Shown here: positions 12,704 to 25,267 of the stretch, piece after piece
Position numbering within the stretch: position 1 is the first letter of the stretch
Layout: each line of letters starts with the position of its first letter
The notes under the pieces: model-generated
What the model saw: the letters and a program-made list of their open reading frames with translations, nothing else
Database searches by the model: none
Told to the model about the DNA's origin: nothing
Origin: Vicugna vicugna
Lineage: Eukaryota
Direction of reading: 5' to 3'
Length of the DNA: 64,000 bases
Assembly (NCBI GenBank): GCA_013265495.1
Contig: MU058584.1
Location: 4,222,508-4,286,507 of the forward strand
Position numbers and translations under genes: made by a program

Positions 12704-13533
12704 TTGTTTATGTGCCTGCAACATAATAGATGCCGAGAAAAGATTTCCTTCCTTCCTTCCCTAAGGAGATTAGAGGCTAATAAATGAGAACAGGTTCTGC
12801 TGTGCTGACACACTGCAGACTGTCAGACAAGCTCAACTCGGGACGCAAGTCATGCCCAGGCTGCCTTTTGTGGTTTGTTGCCTACGGGGTAGGGAGAAAC
12901 TGCCCAGACTGGCATCCTGGGGGCCTTGGCTGGTTTCCTTCCTGCCAGTCCTCTTCCAGGGTCTCCACCCGAGTCCACTTTGCCAGGAGTAAGTTTCAGG
13001 GCCTTCATCAGTCACACATGGTTAGAGCACAGAAGGAGCCGGGGGATGAGTTACCAATGACTCTCAGCCCAGAGAAGGAGGAGAGCCCAGGAGCCCCGGA
13101 GAGGTGCTTGGTCACAGCAGGGCAGGCTAACCAGGAGAAGCAAAGAGGACACACCGAAGTATTCACCTGTGAGTGGAAATACAGTACAGAGACATTTCAG
13201 ACAATATGGTTTTCATCCTAAACGAAACTGGGGAGCCAGCACCAAGTGCTCACAATTAAAAAAAACAAAAAACAAAAAACCAGAAAACCACATCTGGGTG
13301 CTCGAATGCAGTAGCACTTCACTTTTCATTTGACCTTGCAACCCCGCCTAGGCTCCCAAAGACGTGAGTTTATTTGGGCCTCCCAACATCCCAGGAGTTA
13401 GCCTAACTAATTATCATTACCTAATTGTACAGAGGAAAAGACTGCAATTCAGGGAAGTTACACAACCAACCGAGATCACACCTAAGTGGCCAAGCTGTGG
13501 TTCTAAGCGAAGTTATCTGACTCTCAATCCAGA

Positions 13534-13662
13534 TTTTTTTTTAATTCTTTTTTTGGGGGGAGATAATTAGGTTTTTAATGTTATTTTAATGGAGTACGAG
13601 GACTGAACCCAGAAATTCATGCATGCTGGGCATGCACTCTACCACTGAGCTATACCCTCCCC
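13534..13662 (-). mobile_element. Vic-1-like SINE
   Basis: A and B boxes; TSD aatccaga on both sides; sits at the end of a MIR (~13390-13530). Confidence 0.9.
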
Positions 13663-13729
13663 TCTAATCCAGACTTCTTACAGAAAACATAATGGCCTAT
13701 CACTTCATGCAAGAGCATCCCCAAATTAT

Positions 13730-14125
13730 TGTGGTGGTGGTTATCTGTTCTCCCCAATATCTGTTCTCTTTTTCTATGACTATAGAAGTTTTACTACACA
13801 GGTGACAACTCAGCTAAAACCTACATTCCCCAACTTACCTTGCAGCCATAATCATCTATGTAATTGGATGTCTGAGCCAACATGAGATAAAAGTTGAAGT
13901 GATATGTATACTCTTCTAGGCTAGCCCCTTAAAATGAAGATATGCCTTCTCCTTCTTCCTGATGATAGGGATGTAGAATGTGATGGTAGGAGCTGAGGAA
14001 GCCACTTTGAGGTGTAGCACCTCAGAACTACTCACCTGTAGTTTTATATAAGAGAGACACAAATTTAATCTATTGTATTTTGGGTCTCTTTGTTATAGCA
14101 GCCTAACATTTACTCTAACTAATGT
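13730..14125 (+). mobile_element. MLT1 (MaLR) LTR, old subfamily
   Basis: ctacattccccaacttaccttgcagc...tttgggtctctttgttatagcagcctaac...ctaactaat. Confidence 0.65.
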
Positions 14126-14319
14126 GAGTATGTGTGTCTAATAATAGTAGTTGTGAGGAAAGAAGTCTGTGGGCTAAAAAAATTTTTTTTAAAGGACAGG
14201 AGTTAAAGCAGAGCATTCTGAAGGACATGTTACCAGTAGGTTTTGCCCGTTGCAAATCACCTGAATTATAGTCACTGGTTGAAACTCACCCTTAGGCACA
14301 CAGAAGGTGCCTCCAAATT

Positions 14320-14432
14320 TTTGTTTTTAATTTTTAACTTTTTAAATTTTAAATTATTTGAGGGAGGTAACTAGGTTTGTTTATTTGTTTTTTAAATGGA
14401 GGTACTAGGGACTGAACCCAGGATCTCATGCA
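14320..14432 (-). mobile_element. 5'-truncated Vic-1-like SINE
   Basis: Tail and B box present, A box missing; short TSD caaatt (14314-14319 / 14433-14438). Confidence 0.8.
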
Positions 14433-16030
14433 CAAATTCTTATTGCATTGAAACTGAGCCAGTGATCATTCTTCCCCTCAAAATGATTTCAAATGGCATA
14501 ATTCAAAGAGTACCAGAGTTAAGGTCAGAAAGTCTGAGGTCTCATTCTAGCTCTGCCTTTTCAGCCTTATACAAGTTGCTTAATCTCTCTGTGTTTGTTT
14601 CATCATCTGTAAGATGAAGATGGTTGTACCTGCCTCTTGAATCACTGTGAAGGTTGGCTTAGCACAATGCTTGGCACATAACACTTACTGCTGTCTCCTG
14701 CCCAGCCCTCTGCCTTGTCCCCCACAGAACAGCCTTATGACACGAGCATTAGACAGAGTGCCGGCCTCACTCCTGCTGCCTCTTGTCTCACCAGCCCACT
14801 GTGGAAAACATGCAGGGATGCATCAGCCCTTACCTTGGGGCCTGAATTTTGATTAGCACAGAGATAGTCCCGGAGTAATGCTGGCACAGTCCAGGAGTCT
14901 TTTTACAAACAGAGTTAATCAGTGAAACCTGGAGGGAGAGCCTCATGGCATTTGGGAAACGTGACAGTGAGGGCCATCATGTGGCTGAAGTGCTGAAATC
15001 ACAATCAGAGCCTCTGGGCTCATCAGCATGACCTTTGGGGTCAGAGGTGCCTGGGCAAGAATGTCTGGTTGGTTTGAGTTCAGGGTGGCTCCAGTCTCCA
15101 CCAAGATACCTGGGAAAACCTCTCTGTTGGACAGCCCAGGGACTGACATCAACCTGAACTGCTGCTGGGTATCCGGAGAAGCTTTCTTAACAAACCCAGA
15201 ACAATTAGACATTGTGCAAGCAGGTAGATCAACAGTCTGCCTCCAAATCCCACAGCAAGCGTGCTTGGATATCAGCTTACAGCCCCTGGGGAGAGGTGTT
15301 GTTCCCCTGGGATGTAAACGCCTCAACCCAACCTCCAGCTAAGTTCTCAGCCCTCACTTGTCCCCATGCAGCTATTCTCGATCAGTGGACCCAAACCTCA
15401 TTTGTGCGTCTGCCCCTCTGGGGACCCGCTGGACTCCCAGAGGCTGAGCTCCGGTCCCCACTTGCCCTTTCGTCAGCAGGGGCCTGTCCATCTCCTCCTA
15501 ATCTAGTATGGTCAAGTGCAGGTTTGCAAGCACAGCAGGCCATCCTCCTCCCCATCTAGGCAGGGACTGGGGCTCCAGGCTGGTAGGGTATGAATCAGAC
15601 CAGCCCAGGCATAGCCCTCCCTACTCTGCTTGCATTTCCCAAAGCGTATATGCAAATTTTAAGTAGTTTGGGGATGAAATGTTTATTTTACAGTCATATG
15701 TTTATTTTAATTGGTATAGAAAAAAAATAACTAGCCCAATAAAATGGTGACTTCGTGGATATTATTACTTAGGACAATGCTAAATTTTTTAAGTGAGTAA
15801 ATTTAATATAGAGCTAAAAACCATGTATAGTAACTGATGGTGCAGGTGACTTGACACCAAAGTTAGTCTGATGCTGGAAAAGTGCTCTTCACTAGGCCAA
15901 TTCTCCAGTTGAAAAAGAGCAACAAGATTGTTCAATTAACCCAAATACTCTTTCCAGCTAACAAGTGCAGTCTCTTGCCCGGAGGATTATTTACCTCGGA
16001 AGCTGAATTAAGACAGTCGTAGTAGTAGTT

Positions 16031-16139
16031 GTGCTCTCTTTGGCAGCACATATACCAAAATTGAAATGACACAGAGAAGATTAGCACGGCCCCTGAGCAA
16101 GAATGACATGCGAATTTGTGAGGTGTTCCATATTTTTTT
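16031..16139 (+). pseudogene. RNU6: Full-length U6 snRNA retropseudogene (5' part of a U6-L1 chimera)
   Basis: GTGCTCtCTTtGGCAGCACATATAC...ACAGAGAAGATTAGC...TTCCATATTTTT aligns end to end with U6 with ~14 substitutions by eye. The ACAGAGA box is intact. It is directly fused to an L1 3' end. Confidence 0.95.
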
Positions 16140-16367
16140 GAGACTTAAAAATACTAACTACTATATATAAAATAGATATACAGGTTTCTTCTGTATAGCA
16201 CAGAGAAGTATATTCAATATCTTGTAGTAACCTATAATGAAAAAGAATATGAAAATGAATGTGTATGTGTATGTGTATGTGTATACATAACTGAAACATT
16301 AAGCTGTGCACCAGAAATTGACACATTGTAACTGACTATGCTTCGATCAAAAATAATTTTAAAAAGA
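16140..16367 (+). mobile_element. L1 3' UTR terminus fused to U6 (artiodactyl/camelid-type L1)
   Basis: ctgtatagcacagagaagtatattcaatatcttgtagtaacctataatgaaaaagaatatg...gacacattgtaactgactat plus A-rich tail. TSD tagtagtagtt (16020-16030) / tagcagtagtt (16368-16378) brackets U6 and L1 together. Confidence 0.85.
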
Positions 16368-16425
16368 TAGCAGTAGTTTAAGCAAACCAGATTTCCATTT
16401 TAGGGAGATGATTCTGAAACCATCT

Positions 16426-16583
16426 GAGTTGCCAGAAAAATACAAGACACCCAATTCAATTTGAATGTTAGATTAATTATTGCATGGGACATACTTATAC
16501 TGAAAATTATTCATCGATGGTTGGAAATTCCAATTTAACTGGATGTCCGTCCTGTATTTTTATTTGATAAATCTGGCAATCCT
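16426..16583. mobile_element. MER53 (internally deleted)
   Basis: gagttgccagaaaaatacaagacaccca...tgggacatacttatact...aaatctggcaatcct. Confidence 0.85.
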
Positions 16584-18029
16584 ATTCTGAAAGTTTGTTA
16601 TTCTCAGCTTCCCTTGGTATCCTGCATGCCAATCCTGGCAAATCCACCTTGTAGTATGTTTCAACCCCTTTCCTCCTCGTTAGTTTAGGTCTTTATCACG
16701 TTCAGCTGATGTGGTCAGGATCTCCTGACTTGTTTTTCTGGCTGCAGATGTATTGCCTCTGATTCCTTCTGCTGCCAGAGTCATCGTCCTACAATGCAAT
16801 TTAACCCCTGCAAAACAGCCTCTGCCATGTTGCCCCTTCTCCCACTAAAGTCCAAACTCCTTAGCATATCCAATCCAGCCCCCGTTTTTCTCCACCAGCC
16901 CAGCCACACTGGACTTGGCCTTTCCCTCCCTACAGTGTACCCTTTCATGTATCTTCAGATTTGCTTCTGCTAACCTCACAGCCTGGAAAAGCCTGCTTTG
17001 GGCTTTCATCCTTAATCTCAGTGTCACCTCCTCAGTGAAACCTCTCCAGTGCCCCAGTTCTCCCTGCCGCTGGCAGAGGGCATCTGGAGGGCACTGGTCA
17101 CATCTGTGATTTTCCACCTCAGATTTGCAGTGAAGCATCCCAGAGGAGGTTCCTGAGTGGGGTCCTCACTCAGGAGGTGTAGCAGGAGGGGTCTGGGGAC
17201 CCTTGAGGCACCAGGAGCTTAGGAGAAGAAGAAAGGGACGAGTGGAAGGGTGTAAAGAAGTTTGGATGTGTGGGTGCTTCCTTCTCCTCTCCTATTTTGG
17301 TCACTATTTATTGAGCAACAGGAGCTCACTTGCCGCTGTGTGCACACAATCTCATTTAATCCTCCTGCCAGCCCTGCAGGCTCATCCTGCCGTTCTCAAA
17401 TGAGGAATTGATGATAATAGAAGTTGCGTGATTTGGCCCAAATGCATAGCTCATCATAACTAAAAATAGCTAGACTTAGAACCCAAGTCTTCTTACTATA
17501 AGTCCGGTACTATTTACAGAACTCTGCAACGCACCGCCCTCCCCGACATGTCCCTTCCTCCCCTGATGCCCCCGCTATATCAGAACGAGTCTCTGAAAAA
17601 CAAACCATTTTTTCTTTGTAGGCTGCAAGTTCATTATTCTGTAGATGACAGCTTCATTTGGCTTAGTATGTTGAATTGGCGATGATTAGGATTTCGCCAT
17701 GAATGTTTCCAAGGGAAAAAAAAAAGGAAAAAAGAATGGATTCTTTAATTGCTACTGGGGCAAACAGTTGGCTAAACAGGCAGCTGATGCATTTTGCAAA
17801 AGGGAAAAGCAGGATGGAAGTCTAGGGTAGAACTGGAACCCTTTCTCTGACCCCTGGGCTATAGAACATTCCAGGCAGCATTTTCCTAGGAAGATATTTT
17901 TGCTTTCTGAGTCAGAAACTCAGAATGGTTTTTTTAGACCCCAAAAATATTGTTTAAATTTCACCACCACTTAGATTTCTCTTAGAAATTCAAAACACTC
18001 CCAAGTTTTGGGGTTTTTTTTCTTTTCCT

Positions 18030-18710
18030 GCCTTAAAAAATTATTTTGAGAATTGAGTTATAACATCTACTACAGTGTAGAATGCGCAAAGCATGCTATT
18101 AGACGGATCCGTACACATGAGACACCAGCCCTCAGATCAAGATGTAATACGTTTCCGTTGCCTGAAAGGGTCTCTCGTGCCCTTCCCAATCAAATATCAC
18201 TGCCCAGGCACAGCTATTACTCTGGTGTCTATCGACCTCAATTAGTTGTACGTATTCCTGAACGTCACAACACGTATCCTTTTATGTCTGGTTTCTGCTC
18301 TGGACAATGTTTTTGTTTGTTTTATTATTATTTTATTTTGATGTGGGTGGGGAGGTAATTAGGTTTAATTTATTTTTAGAGGCGGTATTGGGGATTGAAC
18401 CCAAGACCTCGTGCATGCTAAGCATGTGCTCTACGGTGTGAGCTATACCCTCCCCTCAGGACGATGTTTTTGAAATTCGCCTATGTCATGTGTGTCTGTA
18501 GTTTGTTTCTTTTAATTGCTGAGTAACATTTTATTGTATGAATGATCCACAATTTATTGATCTGTCCTTTGGTATTTGGGTTGTTTCTAGTTTTGTACTG
18601 TTAAGGACAAAGCTAATGTGAACATTTTTGTACATGGTTATTGATAGGTATATCCACTCATTTCTTTTGGGAACATCTCTAGATACGGGGTTGCTGGGTC
18701 GTGGAACTGA
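18030..18710 (-). mobile_element. Old L1 (L1ME/MD-like) 3' fragment interrupted by a SINE
   Basis: ctcagatcaagat...; ttaattgctgagtaacattttattgtatgaat...tttgggttgtttctagttt. Confidence 0.7.
18315..18455 (-). mobile_element. Vic-1-like SINE
   Basis: A and B boxes; TSD ctctggacaatgttttt / ctcaggacgatgttttt. Confidence 0.9.
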
Positions 18711-19436
18711 CTCTCAAAGTTTTAAGGAAATGATATCAACTCCCCTATCATCTGAAGGAGATTGCCCTTCAGTGAACCTCTAAAGTAGATAAAGATGTAT
18801 TTATTGATTTGAAAGTTTTTAGTGCTCCTTCCTCTCCTACTCCAAGTCCAGTCCAGATACCCAGTCAACCTGAGTCTGTTCACTGTTTTCCCATTATTAT
18901 GGAAATTTATAAGGACACGCAAACCCAGAGAGAATCGTGCTGTGAATTCCCACATGCCCACACCCAGTTTCAACAGTGATCAATACCTTCCCAAGCCTGC
19001 CTCATCTATCTTCCTAATCGATTTTTTTTTCTGGAATATTTTAAAGAAAATTCTGGACCTAGCATAGTTTTAGTTCAAAGGGGCTTCTGCCTCTCCCGTC
19101 GCCACTTCTCAGCCCAATTTTGCGGTTTATAATCCTAGAATCTCCATGTGGGGAACTGCAGAAGTCAAGCAGTTTGAACCTATCAGAACGTGGATGCCCT
19201 GTGACATCCCTCTAAGTGATTGCTGAGATTGGCTTGTGATCTCCGCTACTGGAGGACACGCTCCTTCTTAAGAGAAAGCACAGCTGGAAGGCTAGTTGTT
19301 ATAAAGGTGTTCTCTTTGTTGACGCCAAATCTGCTTTTTAAGAAATTTTAACTCAGACATAGCCCTGGGCTTTTAAGTAAACCCAGAGGAGGGGCAGGTA
19401 ATTTATGGTTAGGCATATCGAAGTGTTTATACTTTT

Positions 19437-21585
19437 ACTTTTTGTTTTTTCTCTCTTAGTTTTAATTGTGGTAAACACACACATACTATAAAATTTCCCC
19501 TCTTAACCATTTTTAAGTGTTCAGTTCAGAAGTGTTAACTATAGTCACGTTGTGCAGCAGATCTCTAGAACTTTTTCATCTTGCAAAACGGAAGCTCTAT
19601 ACCCATCAAATAACAACGCTCTTTTTCCGCTTCCCCCAGCCCCTGGCAACCACAATTCTACTTTCTGTTTCCATGAATTTGACTACTCTAGCTATCTCAC
19701 ATAAATGGAATCATACGTCGTTTGTCCTTTTGTGACTGGCTTATTCCTCTCAGCAAAATGTCCTTAAAGTTCACACATGTTGTAGCAGGTGAACAGGACC
19801 TCCTTCTTTTTTAAGGCTGAATATTATTCCAGTGTGTTTGGGTGGTGTGTGTACGTTTTCTTTATCCATTCGTTTGTCAGTGGACATCAGGGCTGCTTCC
19901 ACCTCTTGGCTATTGTGAATAATGCTACAGTGAACGTGGGTGGCCAAATACTTCTCCGAGACCTTGCTTTAAATTCTTTTGGGTCCCCAGAAGTGGGATT
20001 GCTAGATCATATAGTAATTCCATTTTTAGTTTTTTGAGGAAACTCCATACTGTTTTGCCTAGTGGCTATACCATTTTACATTCCCACCAGCAGTGCAGAA
20101 GGGTTCCAATTTCTCCACATCCTTGTCAACACTTATTTTCTAGTTTTTGTTTTTGTTTTTTGTTTTTTATAGTGGCCATCCTAATGGGTATGAGGTGATG
20201 TCCTATTGTGGTTTTAACTTGCATTTCTCTAATGATTAGTGATGTTAAGTATCTTTTCATATGCATGGTGGCCATTTGTATGTGTCCTTTGAGAAATATC
20301 TATTTAGTTCCTTTGCCTATTTTTAAATTAGGTCATTTGGTTTTTTGTTGTTGAGGTATAGGAGTTCTGTATATATTCTGTATGTTAACTCCTTATCAGG
20401 TATATGATTTGCTATTTTTCCCTCCTTCCATAGATTGCCTTTCACTCTGTTGATTGTTTCCTTTAACGTGCTGAAGTTTTAGAGTTTAATGTAGGCCCAC
20501 TTGTCTGTTTCCACTCTTGTTGCCTGTGCTTTTGGCATTATATCCAAGAAATCATTGCCAAATCCAGTGTCATGAAGATTTCCCCCTATGTTTTCTTCTA
20601 GGAGTTTTATAGTTTTAAGTCTTATGTTTGGGTCTTTAATCCATTTTGAGTTAATTTTTGTATATGGAGTAAGTTAAGGGTCTAACATCAATCATTTGCA
20701 TGTGAATATCCAAACACCATTTGTTGAAGAGACTGTCCCTTCCCCATTGTGTGGTCTTGGCATCCTGTTGAAGATATTTGACCATAAATGGGCTCTCTGT
20801 TCTGTCCTGTTCCATTGGTCTGTGTGTCTGTCTTTATGCCAGTGGCTCATTGTAGCTTTGTAATATGTTTTGAAGCCATGAAGTGTAAGGCCTCCAACTT
20901 CATTCTTCCTTTTCAAGATTTTTTTGGCAATTTGGGGCCCTTGAAATTCCATATGAATTTGGGGATTTTTTTTTCCTATTTCTGAAATGCCATTGGGATT
21001 TTAAAAGGGATTGCATTGAATCTGTAGCTAGCTTTGTTAGCATGAACATTCTAACAATATTAAGTCTTCCAATGCATGAACACATAATGCCTTTCCATTT
21101 ATTTGTGTCTGCTTTAGTTTCTTTCAGATGTTTTGTAGTTTTCATTGTATCAGTCTTTTACCTCCTTGGTTAGGCTTACTTCTAAGTATTTCATTCTTTT
21201 TGATACTATTGTAAATGGAATTATCATCAATTTCCTTCTTGAATTGTTCATTGTTAGCTGTAGAAATGCAACTGATTTGTGTATTGGTTTTGTGTCCTGC
21301 AACTTTGCTGCATTTGCTTATTAGTTCTAATAACAAATGTGTGGGATCTTCAGAGTTTTCTGCATATAAGTTCATGTCATCTGCAAACAAAGATCATTTT
21401 ACTTCTTTCTTTCCAATTTGGTTGCCTTTTACTTCTTTTTCTTGCCTAGTTTCTCTGGCTAGAACTCCCAGTACTATGTTGAATACAAGCAGCAAGAGTG
21501 GGCAAACTTGCCTTGTTCCTGATCCTAGAGGGAAAGTTTTATGTTTTTCATTGTTGAGTATGATGTGCATTGTGGGCTTCATATA
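19437..21585 (-). mobile_element. 5'-truncated L1 (L1MA/L1MB age), ~2.1 kb, with decayed ORF2
   Basis: ORF-track peptides match L1 ORF2 [30 protein letters not shown]..., FADDMNLY (catalytic FADD motif), [37 protein letters not shown]. Broken by stops and frameshifts. 3'UTR at ~19460. TSD gtttatactttt / gtttacactttt. Confidence 0.95.
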
Positions 21586-21597
21586 GTTTACACTTTT

Positions 21598-21729
21598 TTT
21601 TAATTTATTTTTTGGGGGGGAGGAGGTAATTAGGTTTATTTATTTATTTTAATGGAAGTATAGGGGATTGAACCCAGGACCTCGTGCATGCTAAGCAGGC
21701 ACTCTACCACTTAGCTATTATTCTCCCCC
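21598..21729 (-). mobile_element. Vic-1-like SINE
   Basis: A and B boxes, tail, TSD tagtttac...tttt. Confidence 0.9.
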
Positions 21730-24179
21730 TAGTTTACTTTTTTAGAATATAGGATTCCTGGACTAATTTTGAAATACAAATATAAAATTCAGGCAGACAC
21801 TAGCAGGCATTTGAAATGATAGCTCAAGGTTACCAACTACCAACAGATCTGTATATGGATTCTTTAGATGTGATTTTGTGGAGACACATGGTACCCTACC
21901 TGTCTTGTGAGCTATGTTTCCTTGGACTTAGATTTCAAGGGCGATGATTGACAAAGCATATAACCTGTGTGACTATAAGTCATTTGCTTCACATGGCCCT
22001 TTAAAACCAACCCTGGCAGTTCACACATGAGAGTTCAATGGACTAGCTACTATAATAAATAGGGGACACTCCTCTTGGGTCTGTTGAGGAAGGATTTGAA
22101 AAGATAATAACCATCACTTTCCTTCTAGCCATTTAGGGACTTTAGAGATTCAGGGTCTCTCAGTTCAGAGGTCTTTTTCCTCTAGACTTGAATGAGAGGC
22201 AATAGGGAAAAAGGCAATTGGGGCTGAACAAAATATGCCCTGATGAGTCTTGAAACAACGTACCTCAAATTAAAAAGATGTTCAGCAAGTAAGGAACCGT
22301 GTAATTGCAGCTACCAGAGACTGAGATATCACCTTGAGTAGACCAGGTTGTAGTTGGAAGCTGTGTCTTGGTTTTTTTAAGTGACAAGCTGACTTGGAAT
22401 AAAACAAGGGAGAGAGGCTTCATTCATTTATTTACCAACTGCTTCCTAAGAGAGAATAAGGGTATGTAAGACATCTGAGTAGGCAGTATAGAATATTGAG
22501 AAGACATGCCCACACATCATGCTGATAGGAGGTAGAGATAAGCACCATGAAGGGATGAGGAGGGATGGCTACGGCAGTGCACGTTGTTCATGATTTAGGA
22601 ATTCCTCCTCAGCGTTTACAGCTTCCCCTCAGTAATAATCCCTGGGCAAATGGTCCCCTTCCTTAGCTCATCAACAGCTAGTATTACAGCCCCTAAAGTG
22701 CTTTCTTACCCGTCCCCTCACCACCCCCACTTCCTTCTTACGAACCCTAAGTTCTCATTCTGGTCCACCAGCCTTATGGTAATCACGACTTGGTACGTGA
22801 ATGTGAGAGAGAAAGCACCAGGCAGGCAGACAGACAGACCCAAGACACAGAGCCAGAGAGAGAATTCATGAAGCCTTAAACACAGCTGCAGAATTAAAAC
22901 AAAAATGTCAAGGGAACAGAGTGTTCCAGCTGACTTAACTTCCTGTTGATAAGTCTCTAGGGAGGAGGGGGTGAGGCCTGGAGTTCTAGAATTAGGGGAG
23001 CGGGAGTGCAGGGCGCCTGGCCCGAATGGGAGTGGGACGCCTTTGCAGGCATGGTCACTCAGAGTTGGGTTCCTATCTGCAAGGCTGTTGACACTCACTT
23101 CCTGAGCCTGGTCATAGTCAGAGAAGGCTTTTAGCTACTGATGTGCCCAACCTACAGAAAAACAGGATGTTAGCTTTCAGATCTGATTAGGCCATGAGAT
23201 GCAAATTCTTTCCCCACCCCACCCCCACCCCACTCCCGACCACTGCCACCCACTCCATTCCCCCTTCCACAGCAGAGATGCACTCTCCTCCCTGTGTGAC
23301 TCCCAGCAGGGGCTGCGTGCGTCCTTTGCTTCATTGCTGACTGGGTTGTGTGAGGCCAAATTGAGTGCTTAACTTGCTTCATGATGGTTTTAGATTTATG
23401 GTCATTTTGATTAGGAGTTCTTTGCCACATCCCCGGGTGACTAACGAGAATTATCATCAAATAAGGAAATAAGAATGGTTGAGTAACTTTGCCGTTTAGA
23501 AACCACAAGTGTGGTAGCATCCTGGAGTCCCCAGTCCTCAGCTTGGCCGCCTTGCCTATGGAGTCTTTATAGGTAAGTGGTTGTCCTGTCTCTTTCCTTA
23601 CTCACTCTTACCCAATCTCTTTCTCTTTGTTGCCACTTAAAATCCCCACCATGTGCAATAAAGGAAGCAGAAACAGAAAATACAAGTCAGAAGCAACTGT
23701 TCTCAAGGTCAGTAATCTTCAAAATGCAAACATCATCTATTTTTACAGAGGCAAGTACCAAGCATAAAACATTCCCAGAACGACTCTAGGGTCAGTCGGC
23801 TCCCTGTAAGGAGGCCAGGATGGATTCCAAACTTAATGCTCACTTAAAGAGCTAACGTGTGCCATATGCAGTAGACCCTGCAAACCTGAGGACAGTCAAA
23901 GCTGGCCTCTGACAAACCTTCATGTCACTCTCCACCCCCTCCTCAGGCTCTGGGAGCCCTCAGCTCACATGATGTTCCAGGTGCCCAAGCCCCACCATCC
24001 CCATCTTCACCAAGCACACCTAGGCCAGCTTCTTCTACTTCCTGCCCCAGGCCTTCTTTGAACCCTCCGGCCTTGTCAGTCTAGCCTTCCTTAGGACTCA
24101 GAAGCATCCAGTCTTACACTGCTTCAGGACATTTAGCATTTAGTTTGTATTATGATTCAAATGTCCAAGGGTCTATTGT

Positions 24180-24860
24180 GTATTGCCTTCTCAGATAAAT
24201 GACAGGCTTGTAAGATAGGGACCCTCTGTGGGCCTCACCGGGTTGATGGTACTGGGTACACCAAGATGAGAAAAATATGAAGAAGTCTCTAATACTGTCA
24301 CTGGTCAGGAAGCAGAAAAGGTGGATGAAGGTGTATGAGTGTAGGAGATGTAATAATGACATACTCCAAAGCTGTAAACTCTTGGATAAAGCTTCGTCAT
24401 CAGGAGTTGTGAGGCTGTACAACGGGATAAGAGCAAGTAAACTAGTCGATGAGTGGTAAGATTTAGGATAGAAGGTCAAATCCTTGACTACACCAGATAA
24501 AAACTCATAATTTCTGTGCATACAAATTTATGCATTTAAACCAGTGTAACTTAAAAACTGGTTTCCAAAGTGAAACACTATTCAAGATAGTGAAAATTTA
24601 TTACGAATTGAGATATGAGGAACTCCACTCACACTTTTTTTTTCCCAGCATGTACAAGCAAAAAATGCAGAACTGAATCTGAATGTAGAACATTCTAGAA
24701 CAGTCAGATAAAGTACAGGTGAGAAGAAATAAGACACAGATGAGTCTTTCCAACAGGGTGAGGCTGTAGCCAAGCAGAGAAATCTATTAAAAGTAGGTGA
24801 AAATCACAAGTGGATAGCTTAGAATGAGAGAGGAATGTGGAATCATGTCTGGAGGAAGCT
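24180..24860 (+). mobile_element. Possible very old CR1/L3-type LINE RT remnant
   Basis: Degenerate spacing of motifs (VDEG..DVI..KA..DK..HQ; TLFKIVK...EEL) resembles CR1 RT; heavily disrupted. Confidence 0.35.
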
Positions 24861-24974
24861 GGATTTGCTGCCTGCCCCTGGTTACAATCATTTCTTCACG
24901 ATAAAATGCCGCCACTGCTCCTATTACTTCTATGACAATAATGACCCAGCCTTTATCACACTCATTATTTGCTA

Positions 24975-25160
24975 GCATGATTTTAAGCATTTCACATGTA
25001 TTAACTCATTTAATCGTTGCAACTCTACATGGTAAATTCTATTACTATCCCCATTTTACAGATAGAGAAACTGGGAGCAAAATTAAGTAACATGATCAAG
25101 GTCACAATTGGACCCAGGACATCTGGTTTCAGTGCTGATCTTTAAATCTCTATGCTATCC
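24975..25160 (-). mobile_element. MIR
   Basis: ttaactcatttaatc...tatccccattttacagatagagaaactg. Confidence 0.8.
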
Positions 25161-25191
25161 TCTTTGTTACAACTGTCTATGTACTACATTT

Positions 25192-25267
25192 GGAAGGGAG
25201 GGGCAATTAGGTTTATTTATTTATTTATTTGAATGAAGGTACTAGGGATTGAACCCAGGACCTCTTG
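25192..25267 (-). mobile_element. 5'-truncated Vic-1-like SINE
   Basis: Tail and B box only; TSD tgtactacattt / tgtactagattt. Confidence 0.85.

Noticed and set aside
16031..16139. U6 copy as a functional snRNA gene
   Set aside because: About 14 substitutions, fusion to L1, TSD flanks, and no evident upstream PSE/TATA promoter.
20692..21582. Reverse-transcriptase peptides as an active RT gene or novel RT system
   Set aside because: They are frameshifted, stop-interrupted fragments of an ordinary 5'-truncated L1 ORF2.
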